Shown one piece after another: positions 1 to 12,450 of a stretch of 64,000 bases of DNA. The stretch is from NCBI RefSeq assembly GCF_001194135.2, contig NC_068982.1, forward strand, positions 107,144,064 to 107,208,063. The letters run 5' to 3'. The notes beneath the pieces are model-generated. The model had not been told where the DNA came from. It saw only the letters and a program-made list of their open reading frames with translations, and searched no databases. Position 1 is the stretch's first letter, and every line of letters starts with the position of its first letter. Position numbers and translations under genes: made by a program. This stretch comes from Octopus bimaculoides (Eukaryota).

Positions 1-388
1 GGTGAGAACGTTCATGTCGTCATTTGATCTGCTGAAATCAGTCACCCAAAATCATACATCATCTTAGAAACCAAGGATACATTGGATAATGCAATCTTAG
101 ATACATTATGCCTGGAAGAAATAGAAATGGTCATGAATGGAAAGTCAGAAAGACTAAATGAGAGGAGAAACATCTATGTCATGAAAGGCTAATTATATAT
201 ATATAGTGCGAGGAAGCAAACGATACTGTTATGGAATGAAATTTACACTACTGATTAAGAAGCACAGTGCAAACCTGAAATGAAATTTGCGCTACTGATA
301 AAGAATCATATTGCAAACTCGAAAGAAAAAAGTCAAGTATTTTGTGTTGACACTAGCTTGTAATCTAACGAGTAAGTTCAACGCTTAC

Positions 389-412
389 ATAAACTCGGTA
401 TGACTGCTGTTA
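389..412 (-). CDS. Candidate 24-nt micro-exon that could follow DNase exon 3
   Basis: atttacttttcag|TAACAGCAGTCATACCGAGTTTAT|gtaagc. Strong sites, phase 2 to 2, giving SNSSHTEF, loosely like the DNase I SRFTE / SPHTA loop. Short enough to be chance. Confidence 0.15.
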
Positions 413-2908
413 CTGAAAAGTAAATATGAATTTAGGGCCTCCGTCGACCAAGGTTAACCATATACTTATCTTGTTTGCATAGGTCTGGGCATGGATTTTT
501 GAGGAAGATTGGCACTTGCCTAGGCGTACTAAGTTTCACCTCTCCATGTCACCAATATCGTCCAAGGAAAAGTTTGGCGCTTTAGTGCCGATAGAACCTG
601 ACATAGAGACGTCACAGGCGTTGCTGTAAGAATGCCGGAACAGATACTTCAAGATATCCTGCCAGATGCTCTAACAGTTCTGCCAATCCGATCTTCTTAA
701 TTGGACATTTTTTTATCGATTCCGAAATGATGAAAGACAATGATGATTTCGGTGAGATTTGAACACAGAACACAGAGATTCGAAATAGATTCTCTTCTCG
801 GCATTTTAATCAATGCACTACCGACACTGCCTGTTCGCCACCTTTACTGTGAATCTTGCATTCATCAGTGGAACAATAAATAACAATATTATTAACCTTA
901 AGTCTTTAGGAAGAAAGTTTTAGGATTCGAACTCAGTCTGGTACTAAGTGCACATGCAAGATTAAAACCCCTGATGGAGATTGAAAACCAAACTGATGAA
1001 TATCGAAAATCTTTTATCTAATTTAGGACTATTGAACTCAACTTTATACCAATCAATAATTTATCTAAAATATTATAATCTTATGCAAAATTTAAATTAT
1101 GATGAAATTGATTAAACATCTCATTTTCAGAGATTAAAAAAAAAATAATAACACGCCTTTCTTGAGAAAAAAAAAAATTATAATAATACTCATTAAAGCT
1201 AATGATTGTTTTTCATTATGAATGTAAATGGCTCGTGTTAAACACGTTAACCATTTCTTAAATATGTTCTCCGTGTAGAAGAAAATTTCTCCAGTCGTTT
1301 TTCTAACAAATGTTTTCCGTCAAAGTATTTATTATTCTCTGAATTCGTATGGGATTTGGAAAGTATGGTAAGATTGTCTCTCGCTGAGGAGGTCTAATAA
1401 CATCTAAACACGTCCGGAATTGTCTCTGTAGGACCAATGGTCAGATACACACCTCACTACACGTCTTTATTCAACTTTTAATTGAGATTTCGGAATTGTT
1501 TCACTTGCTTTTCTTCACAAGAGTTAATAATGAAATCTAACGTTTTTTCTTTTTATTATGAGAGTAATTTCAATTAATAAAATCTTTACTTTGCTTACTA
1601 AATGTTAACTACCATTTAATTATGTACTTCATTTAACTGTATACTCCATTTAGTCAATTGTAAATTCCATTGATACTGTTGTTATGAGTTTTATAGGGTT
1701 AACTTGATAGTATTGATCATAGGCAATAGATTTAAATCACACAGTCATTACTATAAAATAGCAACAACCAGAGACTGAAGGCGATAGAATATTAAAGCAC
1801 TATTTACTATAAGTATCTCTTGTAGTTGATGCGTTCCTATATCAGTGGCATTGAATAAATATTTATTCATCTTTAGTACAAGTATGAAAAAGTCAATTGC
1901 TTAAACATTCACAATCAAAGCTATCTGTCAAAGGGTAATCACTTCTCTTGACCTTTCATTGTCGGTGGTCAATTTTGTTTTGTCGGCCGTGTATTCTAGT
2001 GCAGAGCTATTACACAATAATTTTCAAGTATTTATACATTCATGTGGTTGTTTAGCCCTAGGTCAATTACGATTCCGCAGAGCTACGATCAAATATCCAG
2101 AGTTGAATTTATGATCATTCGGACTTATTTTGTTTTTCAAAGACTGTGTACTACATATCCATGGTTATACTATCTAAGTTACGCACCTCCCTTCCATTTT
2201 GAATATAGTAGAAAAAATTTGAGAGATATTTGGCAGCTCTTTCGAATAAACCGAACGTCTACACTCTCAAACATTTTGAGTTGTGACACGATGGAAAAAA
2301 TATATTGTAAGGATTCAAACCCTGACTACGAAATTATGTTTCCGATCATGAGTATGCTACTACAGTTTCACGTGATTGATATGTAATGTTTTCTATCAAT
2401 AAAATCAACCAAACAGAGTGAAGCTGTGACGTGATACAGTTTTCTCGAATATTCTAGTTTTGCGCCCTTTTACATAGTTAAATAGTTACACAGTTTGGCA
2501 TCTAACACACAGCCTTCTTGATGTGTGTTAGTTAGCCTTCAAGGAAGACAGGTCACGGCAGACCACAGCTAGCCTTCAGACAAGACATCACGGTTTTCTT
2601 CTCCGAGTTTTAACAATATCTGGAGGTATTTGTATTTGTATTTTCCCCTTTCAGATAGCAAATGTCTAAGCCAACGCAGTAAATTATTTCCTATGTATTA
2701 TTCTGATAACCAGTGAATCTGTAATAATTTACGTATCTATATGCACAGTTTTCTATCAATAAAATATGGTTGAACGCTCGTGAGTTTGTTTTATTTATAA
2801 TAATAGTAGCCAGCCTGATCTTTCATTTTATGAGAACCACTATCAATGTAAACAATATAAGACGGTTTTCAGTTGGGATTAAAACAGTCCAATTCTCTAC
2901 AGCTTAAT

Positions 2909-3119
2909 GTCCTTTCTACTATAGGCACAAGGCCTGAAATCGGGGGAGGAGACTAGTCGATTACATTGACCCGTGTTTCACTGATACTTAATTTATCGGC
3001 CCTGAAAGGATGAAAAGCAAAGTCGACCTCGGCGGAATTTGAACACAGAACGTAACGATGGGCGAAATACCACTATGCATTTCGCCCGGCGTGCTAACGA
3101 TTCTGTCAGCTCACCGCCT
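2909..3119 (-). mobile_element. tRNA-derived SINE (OK-like octopod family) with perfect 16-bp target-site duplication
   Basis: Head ggcggtgagctgacagaatcgttagc ... gttcaaattcc (A/B-box like). TSD ttctctacagcttaat at 2893-2908 and 3120-3135. Confidence 0.85.
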
Positions 3120-4259
3120 TTCTCTACAGCTTAATATCATTTCAAATTTTTGTTACAAGGGTAGATTGGGGGAGGTAGTGATGAGTCGATTATTGGTATG
3201 TAACTAATTTAGTCTAGCATTCATCCAATGCTGCCTCCTACTTTTAAATTTGCCATAATATTCCTTTCTACTACAAGAATTTCTTTTTTTTACATTCAGA
3301 TGACTTGACTGAGTTTTAATGAGCAAAATTCCGCACTTTCAATTTACCATATAATAATAGTTTAGTATATATACTTTGCAATATATATGTTACAAGACAC
3401 CATACGAAGTACAATAACATCACTTTTTACAACTAAACTATGTTGGTGTCGACCGAATTCTGACAGAATGACACCAGAAATATAAGCCTGTTTGACAGAA
3501 TAATTGAAAATCTGCAAGAATGAAAATTTATCTCAAAAATAATTATCAAAATTCCGAAGGGAGTAAAACAAAAGATAACCTCTTCTGAATGAACTCTTGC
3601 GATAGATTCCAACCATTTATTCAAGCAGATTGTGTCACGATTAAAATAAGAAAAAAGTCTCTTTCTTTTAGGGATAGAATACAATCTGAAATTTTTTATT
3701 AAGAAAGAATGTAGACATGTACTGGTATATGACAGTAAAAGGTTTAGACTAGTGTTTCTTAAACCATTTTCTGTATTTCACCTTTTATCAGTTCTTTTAT
3801 CACCATTCTAACGCCGTTACAAATAAGAAAAAGTTATTTTGTGTACGACACCATTTATCATTGCATAACATCAAGGGTCATAAATTAATTCAGCTTTAGT
3901 GCCTTTAAAATGTACAACAAATATAAATCTAGCAAAAGCAGTATGTATAATGTCAAAGAATTCTTAACAGATTTCTCACTGAAATCCTAATATTTAGACA
4001 AGTGCTGGCGCACATGCACACACACGCACACGCGCGCGCACACACAGAGGCATACACTTACAATGACTTCAATGTTTACAATTTCACTTGCCTCTTGCAC
4101 TCTAAACTTTGCTACCGCGGAAGCCGAACATTTTACCCTACTTTACTCTCTGCAACAGTTTGTATCACCCACTATTCGTATTCCTGATCAAGACACATTT
4201 CCACTTCAAATACACTTCATCCTTTTTTATACTTAAACCCAGTTTTTACTGAACAACCA

Positions 4260-5052
4260 GCGTCTGTGGCGAATGACATCACAGTTTACTCCGCAAGTTG
4301 TGAAATTTATGTTTTTGTGATCACGTGTCTGCTGTAGTCTGCGATTTTGTCATGGACAGGAACAAAGAGCCAACATGAAATTTTGCGTTAAACTTGGGAA
4401 GTCTGCTACAGAGACATTGAGCATGCTTCGGCAAGCTTACGGCATTAGGTAACGGGTTGCATACAATGTTTCGAGTGGCAGAACGTCCCTGGAAGACGAA
4501 GAGCAATCTGGAAGACATGCCATGAGCGTCACCCCCGGTGATGCTCACGGCAGAACGATTGTGCATCGAGAATTTGTTTCCCAGGGCCAGACTGTCGATT
4601 GAGAGTTCTACTACGACGTTTTGAAGTGTTTGAGGGAGGATATTTGGCAAAAGCGACCGGATCTGTGGAGCGCGAAGAATTGGATTCCTTATGACGACAA
4701 TGCACTCTGTCACCGATCTCTCCTCACTCGTGAGTTTCTTGTCAAAAACAATATGGTATAGCTTCCGCACCTGCCCTATCCGCCAGATTTAGCCCCGACG
4801 GACTTCCATATCTTTTCCAAATGAAAATGCAGCTCAAAGGTCGCCGTTTTAACACCGTTGTCGAGATCCAGAGCGAATCGAAGAAGGTCCTCGACTCGCT
4901 TACAGAAAACGACTTCCAGGTCGGATTCCAAAAGTGGCAGGAACGCTGGGAACGCTGTCTATTTCGAAGGAGATGATGTTAAAACTTACGTAAATAAGTT
5001 ATTTTTTTTTTATTAACCACAACTAGTCCAGGAATCTTTTGATACCACCTCG
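4260..5052 (+). mobile_element. Internally deleted mariner (DD34D-type) transposon
   Basis: Broken frames read MKFCVKLGKSATETLSMLRQAYG, IVHREFVSQGQTV, DDNALCHRS, LPHLPYPPDLAPTDF and FQKWQERWERC. The 3' TIR ...gataccacctcg is followed by TA. The 5' TIR was not found. Confidence 0.9.
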
Positions 5053-5059
5053 TACTGGC

Positions 5060-5870
5060 CTCCCGAACTTTATGGCACTTCAAGTCAGCTAACTAGTCGG
5101 AATTCTTCTTAGTTCCACGCAAACAATTCTCGGTAGTAAATGTGCTTTTCGTTTGACCAATGAGTAATCTGAGGTTGCCAAAAAGACGAATGAAACCATC
5201 CTCTTAAGCAAGTCCTTTTACATCGCTCATACGGAGAAGAATATAATCAACAAATTTAGAGAATATCACTACCTTCACTGATTGGAAAGACTTCACTCAC
5301 CACCTCAAATCCTGCATAGCTACCACCCGTAAAGCAAAAGATACTTTTGTGCCAAGTTTAGCGCGCAAGCCCTCTCGCCTGTCGAATTCCAGTCAGCCCT
5401 TTTGATCTTTAGTTATGAACAACTCTAACAACTTTGCATTATCATTTGATCTATTACTTGTCAACTAAAATGGTTCCTTAAGCAGTATTGCGAAGAACGC
5501 TTCTAAATTTGATTCACGCTTTGCTTTCAGTTGCTTAGTGCACACACTCGACAAGACTGCATTTCACACTTCAATAGTATCACACCCACGTTCATAAACA
5601 CGTCAAACGCGAGCACACTGCCAATCGCTCCAAATCAACAATGCTATCAACCTATAAATGACCTTTACATTATCTTCAAACAATTCTCTCCAGAGCAAGC
5701 CCTTCTATTCTTGCCAAACTCTTCAATCTTTCTCCCTATATGGAAATTTACTCCTATATTTAGCAGATTCAAGAACTCCCATATTTATCATATCACAGCT
5801 TCCACCGTGTGTCATCTCTCTCTGATCCTGCCAACTTGACAATGTTGTATTTATCAATAACACAATGGCA
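5060..5870 (+). mobile_element. Highly degraded CR1/L2-like LINE ORF2 remnant
   Basis: Residual PEQA..ILAKLFNLS..WK motif typical of the region just upstream of the CR1/L2 reverse transcriptase. Many stops and frameshifts. Confidence 0.5.
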
Positions 5871-6136
5871 CAAACAATGATCATATTGTCAAAGCAGTCT
5901 TGTTTTTCACCCTTTCTAGGATTGGACCCCCGGCAATAAAACCCTGAAAGTCACTATTAAGCTTCCCAATCATTGATGACTTTTCACGGTAATCTTAATT
6001 ATTATTCCCAAACGGGAAAATGTTCATGAATTGGGCGGTTTTACTGTTACACACATACATACACACACGCATGCGAGCAAAAACGTATTCTCGATTGTGT
6101 CCAAAAGAAATACTTGACTATAGAGGGAAGTAAAGT

Positions 6137-6165
6137 TGTGTGTGTGTGTGTGTGTGTGTGCGTGT

Positions 6166-6208
<43 letters not shown>

Positions 6209-6377
6209 TGTGAATATGAACAGAACATTTTGGCAGAATAAAAATAAAAAAAGAATAAAAACAAACTAAACTCATCTGCATAGCAAGAATACAATTTGCC
6301 CCATTAACACATTTGCAGTGCTAGCCATATGGTTCTGCAGTTGAACTGGAACGTGACAGACCTAGATTCTATTATTC

Positions 6378-6462
<85 letters not shown>

Positions 6463-6470
6463 CAATAATA
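6137..6470. repeat. (TG)n at 6137-6203 and (AAT)n at 6378-6470
   Basis: Direct reading. Confidence 0.95.
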
Positions 6471-6874
6471 AAATACTAAGCATTTAATATAACAACCAAT
6501 AAGTCTATATGTAAAGAGGTGTTAGGGGACTCTTGAATAGCAGGGGGCAGTTTAAAAAGCAGTTATGATGCCAACTACCTCACAAGAAGATCTACTACAT
6601 GCCATTGCTAATTATTATTATAGCAAAAGGATTATTATAATAGCATCAAAATTCTTCCTAGTGATTATATTCCGGATTACTAAATTATAAATTTCAAGTA
6701 ACAGCCAAAACGGGTATATGTATTGACAGCACGTAAGTTAACCGTGGAGAACAACAGTAAAAACACTTCTTTACATGGTCAGTGCTTCTATGAACTTAAG
6801 AGACATCAGATAAAGAAATAAAGCACTAATTCTGGGGGACGATAGAAGGAGCAGTTGTGTATATATCAGTTAAT

Positions 6875-7394
6875 TTGTTCTTGGAAACCGCTCGTAAAGC
6901 GAAAACTCGTAAAGCAGAACAATAATTTCCCATAGTAACAATGTTATAAATCGTAATTCGTTCTCAGAAAAATATTTTACCTATAAAATTTATAATACTT
7001 GTAAATAAATGGCAATAAAACAACAGTAGAATGGAAAGAATATTTTATGTAAAGTTAAAAGAATGTCAAGATCATTTATACTAAAAAATATAATCATATC
7101 TGAATCACTTTCACTCGCACTAGACTCGCGCATACCGTCACTTGTAGACGCGATCCCCGATTCACAAGCACTCTTAGTCGGACTTGTAGATTTCTTTTTA
7201 AAAAACAAGTCTAGAGTTTTTCGCTTAGAAGCTTCTTTTCACTATCTATAAATTTCTAGATAACACGCAGAAGCATTTGTTATGGTAGTAGAAACTTTTG
7301 CACGTCGTTCAAAATTTGGATGTTGTAATTGAAAAATAAAAGTCGTAAACCTGGGGTCTCGTAAAGCGGGTCCTCGTAAAGTGAGGTGTTACTG
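6875..7394 (-). mobile_element. Non-autonomous Tigger/pogo element retaining only the transposase C-terminus
   Basis: TIR tacagtaacacctcactttacgagg (minus strand, TA at 7395-7396). Subterminal ctcgtaaagc repeats at both ends. Minus translation HPNFERRAKVSTTITNASACYLEIYR**KEASKRKTLDLFFKKK is the typical pogo/Tigger C-terminus. Confidence 0.75.
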
Positions 7395-7604
7395 TACTTT
7401 CAATATACTTAGTGGTGACAGCATAAAAGGACTAGATACTTTGGAAGAAATATTCACAATTCCAGCAACTTAGATGACAAATGTTTTCTATTTGAAAACG
7501 AGACATTATATCATGATGTCCTGTACTAATTACGCCCAAATATACTTGGGGATGCGATACAGTAACGTAACGAAGCCGTTATACATGTCTTTTATTTTTT
7601 AAAT

Positions 7605-7800
7605 CTTTTACTTGTTTCATTCATTAGACTAACGCCATACTGGAGCACTGTCTTGAAGAGTTTTAGTCGAACGAATCGATTACAGTACATTTTTAAAGCC
7701 TGGTACTTATTCTTTCGTCTCTTTTGCCGAACCGCTAAGCTATGAGGACGTTGTCACGTGGTGGTTGGGGACAAATACCGACACAAAGACACACGTATAG

Positions 7801-7872
<72 letters not shown>

Positions 7873-8027
7873 GTTCTTTCAGTTTCCGTCTACCAAATCC
7901 ACTAACAAGGTTTTGGTCGGCCCATGGCTATGGTGAAAGACACTTGCCCAAGGTACCACGCAGCGGGACTGAACCTGGAACCATGTGGCTGGGAAGTAAA
8001 CTCCTTATCACACAGCCACTCCTGCGT
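7605..8027 (-). mobile_element. tRNA/CORE SINE (OR-like family) with internal (TG)n
   Basis: Head agacgcaggagtggctgtgtgataagg...ggttcagtccc, CORE-like ccttgggcaagtgtc, internal CA run, tail ...tgaaacaagtaaaaga. Same family recurs at 14475-14660, 17320-17727, 21355-21610, 35465-35835, 37605-37770, 54595-55015, 59620-59897 and 60900-61215. Confidence 0.8.
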
Positions 8028-8400
8028 CTGGTTATCCAATATAAATTCTTTTGATAAAATGCTCTGGGGTACTTGTATAAACCTCCACATGTTTTAGAAA
8101 ATGAAAAAGCAAAAAGATACCATGAAACTTTAGCATACAGAAATATCACCAGGTAACACAAAATAAATCTGACAAGTATCTATGGTAAAAATGTCAATAG
8201 TATACTAATTATCGACATAGCAATACCAAATAATTATAAGTTGTGTAAAACTGAGCTGTAAAATCAATGAATTACACCGATTATGCTAAATTTAAATATT
8301 ACTGCATCTATTAATTAAGAAATGCATCAGTTATTTAATTTCTAATGGGCACAATTGGAATGATACTCAGCTATTTCTGTAAAAGATATTCACAGATTAC

Positions 8401-8589
8401 CTTAAAGGATAGATATAGGCTTGTCTCATAAAGTAGTTAAAACTAGGATCTGTAAATATTAGGGTATTTTCATAGAGAGTTTGTAAACATGTTTTATGCA
8501 TGTTCACTTTTTGAACAAATGAAACTCTCGATCTATTTCTCGGCCCATTAATTCTGAGAATGATAACGGTAATACTATTTTTTTTATCA
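8401..8589 (-). CDS. DNASE1: DNase I-family gene, probable third coding exon (acceptor ambiguous: 8589, 8574 or 8553; internal frame anomaly)
   Basis: All three candidate acceptors accept the phase-2 exon 2 donor into one open frame ending ...LYENTLIFTDPSFNYFMRQAYIYPL+AG|gtaatc (strong donor). YFMRQAYI resembles DNase I F-x-R-E-P-x-I. The +1 frame at 8557-8513 reads SELMGREIDREFHLF versus human SEPLGRNSYKERYLF. Confidence 0.55.
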
Positions 8590-9443
8590 CTCCAAGGATG
8601 AAAATGGAAAACATTACAAAGCCGAGTTTGACGATAATTGCTTGCCAGTAGTCTCAAGAGAGTCATAAGTGCTGTTCAGCCTTGTCACACTGTACCGCAC
8701 TGATTCCGTCCAAGAATTACGTTAAAGGGACGCGTGTCTCTAGAATATCCAGCTACTTGTACGCTAATTCAATGGACAACTGAACACTGACGGTCGGAAA
8801 TTGTGACCAAGTTTCATTACGTATATAAAATCAATAAGGCGATAGCAATGCAGATAGAACATTAAACACAAAAAATGATAACGACAAAGATATTGAAATG
8901 TTACGTTAGAAATATTTAATTAATCCTTATATTTTAAGTTCAAAACTCCTTTGAAATAGCTTTAAAGAACGATATATATATATATATATTTATTTATTTA
9001 AAATACAGAGATCCCTATAATAGGACATCTAACCCGCCAGAAAGAGCAGCCAAAAAACTCTATACCACAATTAGGGATAATTTCGAAAGGGAATGAAAAA
9101 TAAAAACATTTACCAATCTATTTTCTGAACCATGGTTTCAAGCTATTTTAGTAAAATAAAATATTTTGCAAGGTCAGCTATCATCAGCAGAACAACCTAG
9201 ATTAACATATAAACACGAGGCACTACATAGAAAACATGACTCGTGCTTATATGCNNNNNNNNNNAACGTAAAGACGGACGAAATGCTGCTAAGCATCTTG
9301 CCTGGCGTGCTAACGATTCTGCCAGCTCGCCGCTTTAAAGATGTACCTAATAATAATAACGATAGCTAAGTATGTATAAGACTATAAATTAGCAGGGTCG
9401 ATAACTAGAGTCAATTTTAAAATACTGCTGCTTATTTTATTGA

Positions 9444-9668
9444 TTTCAAATTTTGGCACAGAGCCAGTAATTTTCGAGGGGTGGGGGTGGGGATAAGTCG
9501 ATTACATCGACTCCAGTACTCAACTGGTACTTATTTCATCGACCTCGAAAGGATGAAAGGCAAGTCGACCTCCGCGGAATTTGAACTCAAAACGTAAAGA
9601 CGGACGAAATGCTGCTAAGCATCTTGCCTGGCGTGCTAACGATTCTGCCAGCTCGTCGCTTTTAATTA
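9444..9668 (-). mobile_element. OK-like SINE with 15-bp target-site duplication
   Basis: Same family as 2909-3119. TSD tgcttattttattga at 9429-9443 and 9669-9683. Confidence 0.85.
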
Positions 9669-9992
9669 TGCTTATTTTATTGACCATTGAAGCATTGATA
9701 ACTTGATGAGGATGGCGATGCCTTTCATCCTTCTGGTAATGATGAAATGAGTGGTAGTGGTTCTGGTAGTAGTAGTAGTAATGGTCAATGTTTGAAGTGT
9801 TTGAAATCGACTGAAACCCTCCAAATTTCCAGTACGGTGCAATATTAGAAATCAATACCAATAAATATTAGCTGTTTTTAGTCTTGTTCGTGCTTTTGAT
9901 GATGATGGTGAGAATGATGATGACGACGACGAAGGTAAGGATGAGGATGAGGACGAGGATGAGGATGAGGATTTACAAAAGTAAATAAATAC

Positions 9993-10090
9993 CTTGTACG
10001 TTGTTTCACTTTACTCATGAGTGTTTCCACGTCATCATCAGACATTCCTTTGATTTGTTGTAAGAAAACAATTTCGTAGCGTGCAACGAT
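9993..10090 (-). CDS. DNASE1: DNase I-family gene, second coding exon
   Basis: Acceptor tttgttttacag|ATC, phase 0, matching exon 1. Translates IVARYEIVFLQQIKGMSDDDVETLMSKVKQRT+AG versus human ILSRYDIALVQEVRDSHLTAVGKLLDNLNQ. Donor AG|gtattt is phase 2, as in vertebrate DNASE1. Length 98 nt versus 89 nt in human. Confidence 0.85.
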
Positions 10091-10348
10091 CTGTAAAACA
10101 AATATAGAAAGAATGATAAATATTGTTAAAAAAATCTGCAAGAAATTTAATTCAGGGCAGAGTACTTAATAACATGAAAGAGCCTGGAAATATCTGTTTA
10201 TTCAGATGATGGCACACACACACACACACACACACATGCACATGCTCACACGTAGTTGACTCTCCTGAAAAAGTACTCAATCCGAAATGTGTGTTGGATT
10301 TTCCACTCTCCACAGCAAGTTCACAGTACTCTTATGGTCGATTCTACG

Positions 10349-10380
<32 letters not shown>

Positions 10381-10384
10381 GTGT

Positions 10385-11259
10385 GTATACAAGGCACGAT
10401 GGCTAAATTGTCGCCATTTTATATTTTTAATTTCGCGTATGCACATTGTTTTTGATTTTGTCGACTACACAGCATAATAGGGTCAGTTGGGCACCGTCTG
10501 TGAGAAAAATAGCATTATGACGCAATTCACTCTGCCAGAAATTTGGAAACATGGTGTACTGCTTGGCATTCCAGCCGGAAGCTCCAGCATGAACATTTCA
10601 GAGTTTTTGGGTGTCAATTTGAGGTCAGTGCAATCTGAGAACATATACCAATGTGATAAAAATCAAACATCCAGTCAACATCATGGTCTTTGCAGTGATC
10701 ACTAGTGATGGCGATATTATGCCTCCACTCATCTTCCCACACGGCTTCAAACTCAACACGGAGGCCTACATCAAGTGCTTGGAGGAGGTAGTGCTGCCTT
10801 AGATCAAGAAGGTGGCTGCTGGAAGACCCTATGTCTGGCAACAGGACTCTGCACCATTCCACACAAGCAGGAAAACCCAGTCATGGCTGTCAGACAATTT
10901 CTGCGACCACACAACCCCTAATATCTGGCCACTTAACTCCCTAGACTGTAACCTCCTTGATTATTATGTGTGTGGTGCAGTTGAGCGAGAGACCAACAAA
11001 ACTCCTTGTAGCACCAAAGATGAACTGAAGGCAAGGATTATGGCAACATTCACCACCGTAAACAAGGAGACCGTCCAGAAAAGTTACATGAAGTTCCGAA
11101 GTCGTCTGGAGGCTGTGATTGAAGCCAATGGCAATTTTATTGAATAAATTTACTCTTTAGTATTTAAAGATATTTTTATGCAATTTTGGTAAATATATCT
11201 GTTAAAATGAGATGTCAGAGTTATTTTCATTTTTGCGTAATTTAGTTTATTCACTGCAT

Positions 11260-11260
<1 letters not shown>
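10385..11260 (+). mobile_element. Internally deleted maT (DD37D) Tc1/mariner-superfamily transposon
   Basis: ...HPVNIMVFAVITSDG...YVWQQDSAPFHTSRK...WPLNSLDCNLLDYYV. Exactly 37 residues separate the second and third catalytic Asp. One in-frame stop and a large N-terminal deletion. Ends in a (TA)n run. Confidence 0.88.
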
Positions 11261-11299
<39 letters not shown>

Positions 11300-11320
<21 letters not shown>

Positions 11321-11626
11321 CGCGTGTTCTGCCATCATCGCTCTATGGAAGTGAGACATGGTATATTTATCGTTAGCATTTGAAGCATTTGGAACGATTC
11401 CATCAACATTGTCTTCGGAAAATACTTTGTATAAACTGGAGTATGGCAATCGGTGATGTAGAGGTACTTGAGAGACGTTGTAGCAGGAATGTAGAATCGG
11501 TCATTCTGCAAAGTATGAGCTGGGGAAGACATCTGGTGAGAATGAATTATAATGGACTTCCTAAGCAACTTTTGTATGGTGAGCTGGAAGATCGTAAAAG
11601 GCCACCGCATAAACCCGAAACCATTA
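11300..11626 (+). mobile_element. RTE-clade LINE fragment (post-RT region)
   Basis: LYGSETW..Y..HLKHLERFHQHCLRKILCINW...HLVRM...LPKQLLYGEL, the RTE/BovB signature. Confidence 0.85.
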
Positions 11627-12450
11627 CACTTTGAAGGCTATGCGTTTACAATTCAGTAACAGGAGATTGCCACAAAGTACCTGGTAAACAAGAGAGACAG
11701 TGACGCTCTTGTAATCCCAAGGTGCAACTGCATGCGTAGGCTATGTCATGTTTCTGTGGAAGACATTACGCATGTTATTAGCAGCTGTCCTAAAATGTCG
11801 TCACGGTACTACCTCCCTATGCGGCACGATGTTGCTGATAAAACAATTTACAATGCTATCTGCAAAAAAAAAAAAAGCCGTTCTGAAATAAACTTAGAAA
11901 ATCCCTCTGTTATGGAATACATTCATAGACTCTAACTCAAGGAATACTGGTGGAATATTTCCATCAAAACTTCTGTTAAATGTAAGCATAGCAAACTGGA
12001 TATTGTTGCTTGGTACAGAGGGGCAGAGGAATGTACCATCATAGAGGTTAGCTGCCCTGCAGATATAAATATCTCTTTGAAAATCGAAGAAAATGGGGAT
12101 ATCTATGGACAGCTGCTTCGAAACCTCCAGCTTCTATATCCAGACAATGAATTCATATTCATACCAATAATAATTGGAACACTAGGTTTTGTTAGTAAAT
12201 GCTTAAAGGAGAACTGGATAAACTGGGATTTTCAGAAAGAGAAATTGACCGGTTGATTCGTACATTAGAAGTCCAATCTGTGAGTAGAATAGTAAAAATA
12301 TGCAAGACTTTTCTCAAGTTCCAAATGTGAATTTGTCTGTGTTAACTACATCCCAAAGATGGAGCCTTGTATCTTTGTTGGAAACCGGCTCCCTCCTCAG
12401 TGGAAGATGTATAATAATTTAAAAGAGACATACATACATACATACATACA
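11627..12450 (+). mobile_element. R4/Dong-clade (restriction-like endonuclease) LINE 3' fragment with (CATA)n tail
   Basis: EGYAFTIQ*QEIATKYL, zinc knuckle RLCHVSVEDITHVISSCP, RHD motif, KLDIV..IIEVSCP RLE-type core, IPIIIGTLG. Short 3' UTR ending in catacatacata. Confidence 0.8.

Noticed and set aside
2042-2386. 114-aa plus-strand ORF
   Set aside because: No recognisable domain; it lies in an apparent interspersed repeat (ttttctatcaataaaat recurs at about 2389 and 2750).
3433-3684. Open minus frame after a phase-2 acceptor (LYSIPKRK...NKWLES) as a candidate DNase His134 exon
   Set aside because: No catalytic His or recognisable motif; similarity is not above chance by eye. It remains testable with cDNA.
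9265-9338. Near-identical copy of the SINE head at 9592-9664
   Set aside because: It starts exactly at a 10-N gap and shares private variants with the neighbour, so it is probably a contig-end or haplotype artefact.
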